A stretch of 64,000 bases of DNA, from positions 11,169 through 75,168 of the IMG/VR virus record IMGVR_UViG_3300037067_013150; one strand, written 5' to 3'. Below are positions 1-12,395 of the stretch, piece after piece; the first letter of the stretch is position 1; each line of letters starts with the position of its first letter. Made by a program: the position numbers and the translations under genes. The notes below the pieces were generated by a model. The model was not told the origin of the DNA. It ran no database searches and worked only from the letters and a program-made list of their open reading frames with translations. The stretch comes from a virus. Lineage: Duplodnaviria; Caudoviricetes.

Positions 1-435
1 AAAGAAACTTTTTGTTTAATTTGTGTACGAGTACATTCACCATCACAAGAAAGATTTTCTGGTGATAGTTCACCAATTAAAGAACAAAATTGTTCTTTAA
101 TATCTTTAGTTACTTTCATTTTTTGTTCTCCAAGATAATTTTTCATCTGATTTCTTTATATATTCTTCTCTTTCAATATCCATTTCATGGTGTTCTCTTG
201 TTTTTCTAAAATCGCTTACCCATATAATAAAAAGAGTTCCTTCTTCAGAAAAAGATTCACCACTTCCTACATTAGGATTTTTTTCCATAATCTGTTCAGA
301 AAGAGAGTTAATCAGCTTCACAGCCTCTTCTTCAGTTACATTAACTGAAATAAGACCATCTTTTAATTTAATGGGTTGTGACCGCTTATTTCTACTCTTA
401 TTTATAATGGTTATATTCATATTTTTTCTCCTCTT

Positions 436-1179
436 TTATTTCTTTACTTCCTTAATACGTTTAGTAGCTATAGCACAATACTCTTTAGAGATTTCACTAC
501 CAATGTAATTCCTACCTGTCTTCTTACTGACTGTAGCAGTTGTTCCACTCCCAGTAAAAGGATCATATATAAGATCCCCCTCATTAGAAAACATAGTTAT
601 AACTCTATTAGCAAGCTCTTCAGGAAAGATAGCACTATGCTTTTCGGTTACTTGCCTTCCCCTATTGATTTGCCATACATCATTTAGACATCCACGTTCA
701 AAGTTATACTTCTTAAATTGTCTGCTAATAGCTCCATCCTTTTCTAAAACAATAACAAGTTCACTTTGTCTATTAAGGACACCTGCTTTCATAGCAGGTT
801 GTCCATAACCCTTATCCCATATAACAATATCTTTAATATAATCAGAAAAGTCTCCAATCATTTTAAAGAAAGCACGTTTACTACCTGTTACAATTTGTAT
901 ATTATAAAATACAATTTTACTAACACGAATCAATTCAGATAATATTTGACTATGTAGTTTATAGAATTCTTCTATTGGAAGATTATCATCAAAACCTACA
1001 TATTTTGTACTAAATTCCTTTACAATCTGTCTGGAACAATACTTACCATTTCTAATTCTTAAATTCATATTATAAGGTGGACTAGTAAGAGTAAGATCAA
1101 CAAAGTTATCTGGCATCTTTTTCATAGTATCCAAACAGCTTTCATTATATATCTTATTAATTTTCATTATTCCTCCCAA
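436..1179 (-). CDS. DNA amino-methyltransferase, beta class (N4-C or N6-A)
   Basis: Catalytic motif LTSPPYN N-terminal to SAM-binding motif IYDPFTGSGTT and GSEIS. Confidence 0.93.
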   Translation of the reverse strand: MGGIMKINKIYNESCLDTMKKMPDNFVDLTLTSPPYNMNLRIRNGKYCSRQIVKEFSTKYVGFDDNLPIEEFYKLHSQILSELIRVSKIVFYNIQIVTGSKRAFFKMIGDFSDYIKDIVIWDKGYGQPAMKAGVLNRQSELVIVLEKDGAISRQFKKYNFERGCLNDVWQINRGRQVTEKHSAIFPEELANRVITMFSNEGDLIYDPFTGSGTTATVSKKTGRNYIGSEISKEYCAIATKRIKEVKK

Positions 1180-2813
1180 GATTCAAACTCATAGTTCTCA
1201 ACAAGTATTTCATTTCCATACCAATTAAGAGAAAATTCTTCTTTAAATTGTTTCATTTCTTCTTCATCTTTTACTCTAACTTCTGCAGTTACTGTAACTT
1301 TAATAACAATAGACATTTAATCTTCCTCCTTATCTTCATCTTTCTCGATAATAATACGCTTTTCTTCACGAACAGTATAACCTCTTTTTTCTAGTTTATT
1401 AAGAATAAATTCATATTTTGCTATATCGCTAGCAGAATAACAATCAAATATAAAAATTGAGTTATATAAAGATTCGGCATTTTTTATTAGTATTTCATCT
1501 GATCTATTAGTCATATAGTTCCTCAATTGTTTTCATAAGATCATCCATAGTTTGTTCTTTTTCCATATCAAATAGCATTGCTAAAAGAGAGGATGCTTTA
1601 AATGCATCTAGTATTTTAGTTGTAATAGCACTACTCATAATAGTTAGTGACCAAGCATAAGTAATCTTTTTATCCATTTTTTTCCTCCATTTTAAGATAA
1701 AGTTTAATAATTTCAGGCGTAAATTTATATTCTTTACCATCAGATGCTGAACAGATAATAGGCATTTTTCTTTTTCGGGGATCGATTCTGGCTATTGTAA
1801 AGGTTTTATTACCTTTCTTAAATGATTTACCATAATCTTCATTATTCAATCCAAATAGAATAGCATATTGATTAAAATGTTCTCTAAAATTTTCTTTAAT
1901 CTTATTCTCTATAACAGCTTCAAGTTTAGTACTAAAGTTATAAGTATTATAACTAATATTATTAATAGAAAATTTAATACCAGTTTCTTTCCTCAACTCT
2001 TCCAACTTTTTATTTAAAATTTCCCTTATAGTCAAAAGATTTGTTTTATCAAATTTAGTAAACATAGTTTTATTTCTCCTTATTTTTAATATAAACATCT
2101 ATAAGATCTTTAAGTGGTTCTTCCATATACGTCTTAACTACTCTAGGAACTATATTAGCATATTTTTCAGGTACATAAATAGTAACTCCTTTATAATGAT
2201 TTATTTTATTATTAATTATATCTATGTAACCCATATTTTCATCATCATATTCACCCTTATAGTGAATAGTTCCATTAAGATTATATCCATATCTTTTAAA
2301 GAAAGGGACAATTTCATTAATTAAATCTATTACATCTGTTCTTGTTTCAAATCCAAAATCTAATGTAGTATATTCCATAGTGAAGATATCTTGATCTATC
2401 TTATCAAATAATTTTTTAAATTGTTCAGTTGGTTGGGGGGATATTAATAATCCATCTCCCTCTAATATACAATATCCCATATTATTTCTCCTCATCTATA
2501 TTAAATAAATTTAATTTAATACCATTAATAAATTTCTCTTTTTCATACCAAGTAATAGCTGTAAACATTCTTTCATCAATCTTTGATTTTCTAGTTTGCA
2601 TATTAATTAATATAGTCATTTTATCAAATGTGAATATATATTCAGTCACAAATCCTCCTTAATCTTTTATTGCTGAAATAATAAATCCAGCGGCAATATA
2701 AATATTTGCAATAATCATATATGAATCTTTTTGCTCAAAACAAATATAACATATTAGCCACGTAATAAACATTAAAAAACAACATACAAATGAATATATT
2801 TTATTAGATTTCA

Positions 2814-3455
2814 TTATATATTCTCCTTCTTTTCTCTCTTCAAAAGTTCAGTAATATTTTCAGGACCGTCTAGTTTATAACAACTTTGACAAGAAATACA
2901 ACTCCTACCACCACAATTAATTTCAATATTATTTTCCTTTACAAACTTACGAGAGTATACTGTGAATACTTTATCAAATCCAATTGGTTTAATTGGATCT
3001 AATACATCAACTCTAGGAGTTGAATAGATAGTAATAAGATTTTCTGGTTTAACATCTTTAATATGTTTAATAATATCAGCTCTTTTACTCCACAATGCAA
3101 ACATCTTTTCAGGAGCTGCTTTAGCTATATTAACATAGTTATAAGCATGAGTCAAATTCAACAGTTCTCCAAAGGCATGAAATCTTACTATATTAAACTT
3201 CTTCAATTTCTTTATTACCTTACCAATTTGTTCTTCATTTAACATACGTTTAGATAATATATCTCCATTCTTTTTATATGAAGGAATGAATTTACCTCCA
3301 TGACTATAGAAAGCTTCTAGTTGAAAGGCATAGCATTTCTTACAAATAGTATCTGTTTTAGCTGCTTTAATACAAAAAGGATTCTTCATAGTAGATGTAT
3401 TAATAGATACCATACCTTCCATTTTCTTCGTGTGTTTATCAGTTATAAATAACAT
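2814..3455 (-). CDS. GP88-like phage protein (Cys-rich)
   Basis: FC...ICKKCYA, VRFHAFGEL and C-terminal CGGRSCISCQSC; family assignment is from memory of the pattern. Confidence 0.45.
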   Translation of the reverse strand: MLFITDKHTKKMEGMVSINTSTMKNPFCIKAAKTDTICKKCYAFQLEAFYSHGGKFIPSYKKNGDILSKRMLNEEQIGKVIKKLKKFNIVRFHAFGELLNLTHAYNYVNIAKAAPEKMFALWSKRADIIKHIKDVKPENLITIYSTPRVDVLDPIKPIGFDKVFTVYSRKFVKENNIEINCGGRSCISCQSCYKLDGPENITELLKREKKENI

Positions 3456-3466
3456 ATTATTCCTCC

Positions 3467-5542
3467 TTAATTTACCGGTTTAATTATGATATAGTCCCAA
3501 TACCCTATATCATTTAATAGTTTAGATAATCTTTCTCTTAAATCTTTACGAAGAGCTTTATAATCTATCTCTTCTTTCTTCATTAATTCAATTACTTTTT
3601 CTATAGTAGTATCAAGACAGGGTTCATCTTTATACTTCTCTAATAGATCTTTAACAGCTTTTGTTTGTTCTGGTGTACCAAATATTATTTCTTTCATTGT
3701 ATCTGTAAATCCTATTAATCCTTTTGTATAATTATGTGCTATTTCATTTACTAAATTCCATATAATAAGATAGGATAATATTAACTGATTTTCTTTAATT
3801 GTAAAATCTGTAGGCATATGTACATATGCACCATTGAAATAGAATGGATTATTTAATCCCATACCATTAATACCAACTGCTGTACTCCACAATCCATATA
3901 TCAGTTCACTAGGAAAATTACTAAATGATATATCTTTTTTAACATTATCCTTGTTAACTTTTGAACCTCCAGATGTGGGTGAAATATGAAAAATGGGTGG
4001 TTGTGATACATTAAATGTTTCTCTATGTGCTATTGTTAAATCACCTAAATTTCCATCTCTTTCATCATATTTCCATCCATCTTTTAAATGAAATCCTTCT
4101 TTCAATTTTATTTCTTTATCATTATAATTAAATTTTAAATTAATATGTTTTGTATTACCACAAAATTTCCATATTGTTAATACAATAGGTTTTTCTTTAT
4201 TAACAGAATTAAATTCATCACCTTTGATTATTTCACCCTCTAAAAATGTAAAATTATCAAGAAGTTCTTTTAATACTTTATTATATCTTTTACGTCCACA
4301 CATAATATCAAATGGACTAAAAAAGGCTAAATAGCCTTTTCCTAATTTTTTAATTAATTCTATCTGCTGACCTATTGCAGGAAGAACCAAATCACCTTTA
4401 CCATACTTAAGTAATTCATCACGATATTTAATTTCTATTTTTCGTGATTCGCCTTTTTTAAGATCCCCATCTGAAAATCTTGTTGTTGCAGAAGTACCAA
4501 AAGGAGGATTAGAATAAACCAATAAATTATCAGAAGGTTCGATTTCCCATCTCTTAATCAATTCTTCTGCACTATAATCCATAACATCAATAGTATCAAA
4601 TTTTATATCCTGTCCTTCAAAAGATAATTTAGCTACTTCAATATCTTCTTTAGATATATCATTAGCTATCATTTTAGTTCCTATAAAAGGAAGAAGTAAA
4701 GAACCTGTACCTGCATAAGGTTCTACTATTAGAGAAGGTTCTACATATTTTCTTATAATATCTGCTACTTTATCTGATAGTTTAGGTTGGGTATAGAATT
4801 TACCCAGTTTTCTTCTGTCACCTATTTTTTGATATTCATCCAGATGAGCAGATAAATTAGTTAAGTCATGAGGAGTTATTCTTAATGCCTTAACAAAGGA
4901 TTCATCAACTGGTTTAATAGGTTTAGATTTTACTATGCTTCCATCAATATTATCCTGAATACCCCCCTTTTTAAGAACACTTATATCTCCTTTATTATTA
5001 TATACATCAGATATTTTAGATATCAATTCTCTTATTTCAATATCATATTTTTCTAGTCGAGACATAATATAAAATATATTAGTAGGAGATATAAATATAT
5101 ATGGAACTTCAAAATCTAAAGGAGTATCATAATGATTTATATGAATAGGCTGTCCTAATATTTGTAGAGCTTCTGCATTAAAACTTTTTGGAACCATAGA
5201 AGGAGCTAACTTTCCTGTTGAATCTATTTTCTGATAGAAAGCTTTTAATATCATCCAATTAGGTACTTTATAAAAACTTATCTCATTTGGAGTAGCCAAT
5301 CCAAACATTTGAGGAATGAAGTTAAGTTCACTTCCATTACCATATTCTCTTACTGCTCCATATAACAATTGAGCAGCAGCAAATTCATCTTTAACTTTAA
5401 CTTCTATATAAATATTATAGAAATCATCTAGTACATCACAAAAGAAACTAGATGAACCTATTCTAAATGTATACTTATCATTAGATATTTTTCTAGCTAT
5501 CTTTCTTTGTAAGTCTCTTTCATCATCATAATTTATTTTCAT
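3467..5542 (-). CDS. Type IIG-like fused restriction endonuclease / N6-adenine methyltransferase
   Basis: GKFYT, VEPYAGTGSLL (motif I) and YSNPPFG (motif IV), gamma order. N-terminus has E...CDV...IEVK...AQL, resembling a PD-(D/E)XK nuclease. Confidence 0.72.
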   Translation of the reverse strand: MKINYDDERDLQRKIARKISNDKYTFRIGSSSFFCDVLDDFYNIYIEVKVKDEFAAAQLLYGAVREYGNGSELNFIPQMFGLATPNEISFYKVPNWMILKAFYQKIDSTGKLAPSMVPKSFNAEALQILGQPIHINHYDTPLDFEVPYIFISPTNIFYIMSRLEKYDIEIRELISKISDVYNNKGDISVLKKGGIQDNIDGSIVKSKPIKPVDESFVKALRITPHDLTNLSAHLDEYQKIGDRRKLGKFYTQPKLSDKVADIIRKYVEPSLIVEPYAGTGSLLLPFIGTKMIANDISKEDIEVAKLSFEGQDIKFDTIDVMDYSAEELIKRWEIEPSDNLLVYSNPPFGTSATTRFSDGDLKKGESRKIEIKYRDELLKYGKGDLVLPAIGQQIELIKKLGKGYLAFFSPFDIMCGRKRYNKVLKELLDNFTFLEGEIIKGDEFNSVNKEKPIVLTIWKFCGNTKHINLKFNYNDKEIKLKEGFHLKDGWKYDERDGNLGDLTIAHRETFNVSQPPIFHISPTSGGSKVNKDNVKKDISFSNFPSELIYGLWSTAVGINGMGLNNPFYFNGAYVHMPTDFTIKENQLILSYLIIWNLVNEIAHNYTKGLIGFTDTMKEIIFGTPEQTKAVKDLLEKYKDEPCLDTTIEKVIELMKKEEIDYKALRKDLRERLSKLLNDIGYWDYIIIKPVN

Positions 5543-6023
5543 TATTCCTCCATTAGATATTTAAATTTATTAAATAGTTTATCTGGTAAATAACTTACCA
5601 AATTAAATATAGGTACAAACTTTAACATCTCTTCTATTGAATCAACATCTCCACCTTCAATATCATATTGAATTTGTTTAAGTACAACATCTATTAATTC
5701 TTGATGATCGGGTCTATTTATAATATCAATTTCTTTCATATTTCCTCCTTAATTTTATTAATAATTAATATAATTTATAATACTTTTGATTCATACCAAT
5801 GAATTTCATAATCAGAATCCCAAGTATATTCGTCATAATATTCATGATGTTCTATTTTTTTATCAACCATTTTAAGATATTTTATTCCTTGATCTTTAAA
5901 TTGTTTTTTAATAAAATTTCTTGCTTTTCTTTCTGTTGAAAATATAATAGGATCTTCAACAATTCCTTGAAATGTATATAAAATAACTTGTACTTTCATA
6001 TTTCCTCCTTAATTTTAAAACTC

Positions 6024-6051
6024 AAAAAGATCCTGCATATAAATGCAGGAT
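6024..6051 (-). terminator. Intrinsic terminator
   Basis: ATCCTGCAT/ATGCAGGAT stem followed by a U-tract on the minus strand. Confidence 0.8.
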
Positions 6052-6620
6052 TAATTTCAGTCTTAATTATCGCCATCCGAAATGATTACCTTCAGAATCT
6101 ACTCCAAACATACAACCAGGTCCATTCCCTTCTGAATCTTGTGATGGATATATAATAGTACCATCTACAAGTTCTATTACTATGGGTCGAGTCCCTGTCC
6201 AATACTCTTTCCTCATCTCTTTAGCAGTCATAGGACGAATAGCTTTAATTTCTTTACAGCTCATTTTTATCATTAGTCTTTTACCTCCTTATCATTACTA
6301 AAAAACATAAAGAATTTATTACCATCTGTATGAGTATCAACCATAATCATTGTATATTTATCACCACGATAGATATGTTTCTTATAAAACCTTTGAGTAT
6401 AAATTTGAAATGAATAACAGTGACCATCTTCTTCATTAATAGTTATATCTTCTATTTCGTCACCACATACTACTTCCTTATTATTCTTAATTTTCCAAAA
6501 CATATCTATATGTTGAAAATCTGGTGCTAATACAACCCAATCCTCCACAAAACCAACATGATCATATAAATCTTGTAAAGCTCTTTTATAATTATTAATT
6601 ATACTCATTATAAATATCTC

Positions 6621-7634
6621 CTATATATGACAATCTACGACAGTAATAAGTGTATCATCATCTACACTATCAAGAAGATCTGCTTGTTGCTTAAACCATT
6701 CTTTCTCATCAACTTCGTTAGTAGATATTCCCCACCAACCCATTGTACCTCTTTCATACCATTCACCATTAATAAGTACAGCATAGAAAGATACAGCAGA
6801 GTTTTTAGCATGTTCAATATATGTTTCTTTAGTACATTGATAATCCTCAAGTCGCATCCGACTTAATATTTGATAGTCTTTTTCTGAATAATTCTTTTTA
6901 TTTGCTTCAATTTCCTTTTTAATCTTATTACACTTTTTAATGGCTGGTTGATTATGATATAATTCCCTAGCTTGATTGATATCTTTTTTAACTGCTTCAT
7001 CTTCCCTTACTTCTTTCCATGACCTTTTAATCTTCGGAATCTTACCACCAAAAGCTTTTTCAATAAGTTCATATTCCTTTTTAGCTCTATTACCAGCATC
7101 CTTTTTCATACCAGAAAAATCAATATCCTCTTTATAAGCTTGATCTACCCAACCCTCACGATCAGATTCACCTGAATTGGTCCAACTTTTATGACCCATA
7201 CTTCCATTCTTACCCTTTTTAAGTTTGAGCGAACCAGACCAACGACCACCTATTGAATACCAATCCCATTTAGAATTGGGATTACACATATATCCATACC
7301 TTTTCTTTACAATATTACGTTTCTCAAATCCACAATAATCTTTCATATACTCTTCAAAGGTAGGATATAGTTCATTATATTTAACTTTAATCTTTTTAGA
7401 TCCTTTAGGATATAAGATATCAGTTGAATCTTTCTTAAAACGATCATCCCACGGATCAAACAAACTTCCATCTGCAAGTTTAATCTTATCTGCCTTTTCT
7501 GTTGTATACTTCTTTAGATATTCATCTTCTACATCTTCAAATTCCAAGAATTCTCCTTCTGTTGTTTGCTCATTAAATGGAGCAAGTTGTTCATCTATAT
7601 CATCGCCAATAATTAATACAGTAAAATGTGAAAT
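6621..7634 (-). CDS. Conserved phage hypothetical protein (NPNSKWDWY-IGGRW), probable ATT start
   Basis: Open frame extends 29 codons upstream of the track start to ATT-SHFTVLIIG, with GGGAGG 8 nt upstream; in-frame TAA at 7652-7650 and no in-frame ATG. Confidence 0.75.
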   Translation of the reverse strand: MSHFTVLIIGDDIDEQLAPFNEQTTEGEFLEFEDVEDEYLKKYTTEKADKIKLADGSLFDPWDDRFKKDSTDILYPKGSKKIKVKYNELYPTFEEYMKDYCGFEKRNIVKKRYGYMCNPNSKWDWYSIGGRWSGSLKLKKGKNGSMGHKSWTNSGESDREGWVDQAYKEDIDFSGMKKDAGNRAKKEYELIEKAFGGKIPKIKRSWKEVREDEAVKKDINQARELYHNQPAIKKCNKIKKEIEANKKNYSEKDYQILSRMRLEDYQCTKETYIEHAKNSAVSFYAVLINGEWYERGTMGWWGISTNEVDEKEWFKQQADLLDSVDDDTLITVVDCHI

Positions 7635-7670
7635 TTTGGGTTCCTCCCATTAATAATTATAAATTTTTAC

Positions 7671-7699
7671 TTGACATTTTTTATACATTTTGTTATACT
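7671..7699 (+). promoter_or_regulatory. Sigma70-type promoter for the HNH gene
   Basis: TTGACA-17 bp-TATACT with extended -10 TG; AGGAG SD downstream. Confidence 0.8.
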
Positions 7700-7719
7700 T
7701 GTATTAGGAGAATAATCTT

Positions 7720-8340
7720 ATGTACACCAGAAAATGCCCAAACTGTAATAAAATAATTAATTATACATTTAAAAGATCATTAGATAGAGCTAATAAAAGA
7801 AATGCTATTTGTAGACATTGTTTTGAAAATAAACCACAATTATTAACTCGTTTATGTCCTCAATGTAATAAAGAAATTAAACATAAACACCATTGGGTTA
7901 GAAATAAACTTGATAAAGAACAAAGACTTTGTAAAGAATGTTCTAATAAAAATAAAACTTTATCTTTACAAAATAAATGGAGTAAAGATTTTGATTGTTG
8001 TATTCATTGTGGTACAACTATTAAAAAGCATAGAGCAGAAGGAATGTGTGACCAATGTTATAATAGATATAGTATTAAAAGAAGAATTGATATTATGTAT
8101 GCTAGAGCTAAACGAAGATCTAAAGATTTTAACAGAACTATTTGTTCTAAAAATGATTTCATAGTTCATGCATATAATAATATTAATATTATAAAAGAAC
8201 TCCATTCAAATTGGATCGATTCTGGCTTCAGTAATACTATGGTTCCTTCTGTTGATAGAATTAATAATGATTTAGGATATTTTCCAAATAATATTCAGTT
8301 CATTACTAAATCAGATAATTGTAAAAAAAGAAATCATTAA
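7720..8340 (+). mobile_element. Free-standing HNH-like (homing) endonuclease with N-terminal Zn-ribbon repeats
   Basis: PSVDRINNDLGYFPNNIQFITKSDN motif, multiple CxxC, opposite strand to all neighbours, own promoter. Confidence 0.75.
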
Positions 8341-8779
8341 TCTCCTTTATTTTATTTAACCAAAGTTTACCCAATTAGCATGAACAGGAAATAGATTAGC
8401 ATCAGATAAAGTTTTACCAATATCTGTATATTTCCTTTCATATAAAACTTCTTCATCAAATACAAAATAATACCCATCTTCTAGATCATCATATCTATCA
8501 CCAGATTCATCAGAATATCTAAATATAGTAATATAAAATACAGTATCATTAATTGAAGCTTCTATATCTTTTTGTTCATCTGCATAATACTGAATAACTT
8601 GCTCTATTTCATCCCAATATTCTTCATCTGATAAACCATTATTATTAATATGATCCCATTCTTCTTTTGTATAAACTTCTTTTACATCATCTTCATCAAA
8701 ATGAATATTAAGTTTATTAAAATATTCTAGTGTAGCAGGTAATACATAAGCATTACAAGCAGCATATCCCATTCCCATA

Positions 8780-9094
8780 TTAATCCTCCCAATTAAATTG
8801 TTTTAGTTCATCATATTGAGGACCATCACAATCGAAATTAATCCATTTACATTTAAGACTTTTAGCTATATCAAATATATTAATAAATTCATCAGTATAG
8901 CCATCTCTTTTTAAAGTTTTACGTGTATCTACATCTACACCAATATAAACTCTCCAACCAAAAGGAGTTGGATCTGCTGAAACATAAGAACTATTATCAT
9001 TAGATTCATCTAATAGTTTACTATCTTCTATAGATATGTGTACAGTAGATACTACAAGATGTTTTTCTATTTCTGGATTCTTTATATTAATCAT
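8780..9094 (-). CDS. DUF5983-like phage protein
   Basis: LVVSTVHIS...FGW...WINFDCDGP pattern. Confidence 0.45.
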   Translation of the reverse strand: MINIKNPEIEKHLVVSTVHISIEDSKLLDESNDNSSYVSADPTPFGWRVYIGVDVDTRKTLKRDGYTDEFINIFDIAKSLKCKWINFDCDGPQYDELKQFNWED

Positions 9095-9999
9095 CTATAT
9101 CCTCCTCTAAATCAGGATGATTATAATCTAATAGAACTACATTACAAGTAATACATTCAATAGTTATATTTTCTGGCTCTTCTACATCACCATAACAAAC
9201 ACATTCTATTTCATGTCCTATATGATTAAGCAATTTTTTATAATTATTTTTATTTAAATCCAATGCCATTTTATTTACTCCTTTTTTATAAAATATTTAT
9301 AATTTTTTACATTTAATATTATTTATCTTCTTCATAATTCATATGTTCTATATGATAAACTCCTACAAAAGCTACTGCTTTATTTATATATTTGAATTTT
9401 TCATCAAAGTTATTATTAAAATATGCTAATGCCCATACTTCGGGTTCGATACCCTCTTCATCGGGTGTATCTATAGTAACAATCTCCCATGTTTTATCTT
9501 GAAAACCAACATATAATTCTACACAATACATTATATTCCTCCTATTTTATTTTGGATAGATTAGCTATAGTAGTAAGAAATTCTATAGATATTTTATTTA
9601 TTTTAGTTTGAGTTAAGTCAGAACTTGTTTTTAATCCTTTAATCATTCCTGTCGATATAGCATGAATTCTAGATAATCTATTAATATATTCTTTACCAAA
9701 TATTTCTTTAAACATTCTATTCCTCCTTATATCGTAATAAAATTTAAAATAAATGATTTCATTGAAAGAAGTATTCCTCTTTTAGCAACATCAAAATAAA
9801 AATATTGTTCTGATTTCATATTAGGAAGATTATATTTAACATGCCAAACACCTCTATTTTTAAAATTTAGTTCTGTAGATTTTACATACTTCAATGTACC
9901 TATACAAATATCTCCACATAAACATTTATATGAATTTGTTTCAATCTTTTTTAAAACAATTGTTTTTAATTTCATATATTCTCCTTAATATTATTTATT

Positions 10000-10344
10000 T
10001 TATTCTGCAGCCAATCCAAAAAAGAAATATCCTTTAACTCCTTTTTGACCTTTAAATCCTCTTGATACTTTTAATTTAGTAAGAGCTACCCCAGTAACTT
10101 CTATACCAATACACTCTCTTTTATCTATCTTATCAAATTCTTTATCTAACCATTTAATGAATTTAGCAGACCCAAATCTAGGATGGTCTTTAACCAATGC
10201 AAAACCAACTGTAGTAGATATAGTTCCATTATATCCATCTTGGGTACCAGCATATTCTTCTGCTCGTCTACAAGCAGTTCTATATGCTTCATTCATATCT
10301 TTATATTTACCTATTTCAAATTGTTTAAATGAACAAGCTCCCAT
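10000..10344 (-). CDS. Conserved phage hypothetical protein
   Basis: MGACSF...A...A...GYNGTI pattern, recalled from phage early regions. Confidence 0.55.
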   Translation of the reverse strand: MGACSFKQFEIGKYKDMNEAYRTACRRAEEYAGTQDGYNGTISTTVGFALVKDHPRFGSAKFIKWLDKEFDKIDKRECIGIEVTGVALTKLKVSRGFKGQKGVKGYFFFGLAAE

Positions 10345-11760
10345 AATTATTCATCCTCTTTAGTTAAAGATTTATTACATAATTCACAAGTATATTTAGT
10401 ATCCTCGTAATAAGGATGAGGACAATTTACATTTCCTTCCCAATCTTCAAACTCAGCTTTATTATCTTCAACTTCTTTTTTAAAATTATCAATACCATCT
10501 ATCCAACAATCTTTACAATAATCTAAAGGATTATTATCCATATCATATATTCTTGGCATTATATTTCTCCTATTATTTTAACCTTATTGGCCAATAGAAC
10601 ACCAGGATTACCTCTTGGTTTCTTATGCCAATCTGTAGCATTACACATAATAATAGTTTTATTACTTTTATCTTTAAATCTATTCAAATATTTCCGACAA
10701 AGTTCTTCTGTTTGTATAACATGAATACCACTAAGATATATCTTTTTCTTATTAGTTTTCTTATCATAAGATTCATAGACCATTTTCTTTTTAGCAATAA
10801 GAATAGATCCATTAGTAAACATATTCTTTCTTTCATGGAATAGATATTTATATTTATTAGTATCAACTTTTTCTACAATTTTATATGTAATCATTTATCC
10901 TCCTCTATTATAGAATTCCATTTTCCTATTTCATCAAACCAATAATCATATATTACTGACTCATTTTCTATAAAAAAATTTTCTATTGTATCTTCTCCAT
11001 AAGATATAATTAATTTATTAACTATATTAGTAAGCATATTATTAATTGTATTATTTTTTGAGTTCATGTAAATCTTTCCTTACATACTTAATTTTTGTTA
11101 GTGACCAATCATCAGAATTAGGATAACAAGTTTCTATACATGACATTGCTTCTCTATCTGCATCATGTTCTGTTCTGTCTTTTATAATCCAAGAAGCTAT
11201 CATTTTATTATTTTTATTATAAACTCTAACTTCCCAATTAAACAATTTTTCAAATGATTTATTCATTATCTATCTCTCTTAAATATAAATATCAATCACA
11301 TCCCAATTAATACCTATAGTAGCATCATGATGTTTTTCAATATCAGCTAGTATTTCTCTTGCTTTTTTCTTTCCTATTTTAATACCCCTTTCTTTTGCTC
11401 TATCAATAATATCTTCAATACCCCAAGTAATAAATATCTCATCATTAGTATTAATAATTTTTAAAGCTTCATCAATTTTACCATCTTTAAGTAATTCAAT
11501 TGTTCTATTTATTGTATATGACATATTAATTCACCCAATCCTCTATAGTATTTAATCTTTTACATTCTTTTACTAATCCATCATAAACTTCTTCTGTTAA
11601 AAGCATAACCTTTTCTATTTTAGGCATTTTATCTCCAGCATCTGCATCATCATAATCAAATAGATGCAATTCTATTTCTGTGTCAGATAGTATTTGTTGT
11701 ATTGTTCCACCACCTATTACGACAACTACACGATTCATATTAACCTCCTATAATAAAGAT

Positions 11761-11785
11761 AAAAAAGCCCTGTACTTGACAGGGT
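11761..11785 (-). terminator. Intrinsic terminator
   Basis: CCCTGT/ACAGGG stem followed by a U-tract on the minus strand. Confidence 0.75.
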
Positions 11786-11798
11786 AATTTTATCCTTG

Positions 11799-12395
11799 TT
11801 ATCGGCAATTCTTTTTACATCGTTTATCTAACTTATCCATAGCATCCCTAGTAGCTTCTTTAAAAGGATATTTAGCATAAAGTCTTACAGGATAATATTT
11901 ATCTCCTTTATTCTTTTCCATTGATTTAAATCTATCCTTCTTTGGAAGAGGTGCTTTATTAAATCCTTTATATACTTCCAATACTTTATTATCTAAATCA
12001 AGTACATATGCCCACTCACAAAACAAAGAATCTGCAGCAAAATCAATACTATCTTGTAATTCTCTTACTCCTCCATCTTGAATATATGATAGAATATCTC
12101 CACCACATTCTCTAACAAGATGAGGCCATTTAGCTGCAAATTTATCTGATATATCCATATTTACCCATTCTGATTTTGGATCAGCACCAACAGATACATA
12201 TCTTCTTTGAATTTCTTTGGATGATATAAATTTACATTCTTTAAGAGCTTTCTTAAATTTTGTAAGTTTCATTTCATTCTGAATAAAATCACAAATGATA
12301 ATACCCTGACCAGTAGGATAACCATCCCATTGACCATACTGAGCTACTTTATATTCTCCTTTTAATACTACTGCAATCAAATGTCTTGTACCCAT
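11799..12395 (-). CDS. Phage hypothetical protein, MxTR...DGYP family
   Basis: MGTRH...QYGQWDGYP...CEWAYVLDLD; SD present. Confidence 0.7.
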   Translation of the reverse strand: MGTRHLIAVVLKGEYKVAQYGQWDGYPTGQGIIICDFIQNEMKLTKFKKALKECKFISSKEIQRRYVSVGADPKSEWVNMDISDKFAAKWPHLVRECGGDILSYIQDGGVRELQDSIDFAADSLFCEWAYVLDLDNKVLEVYKGFNKAPLPKKDRFKSMEKNKGDKYYPVRLYAKYPFKEATRDAMDKLDKRCKKNCR

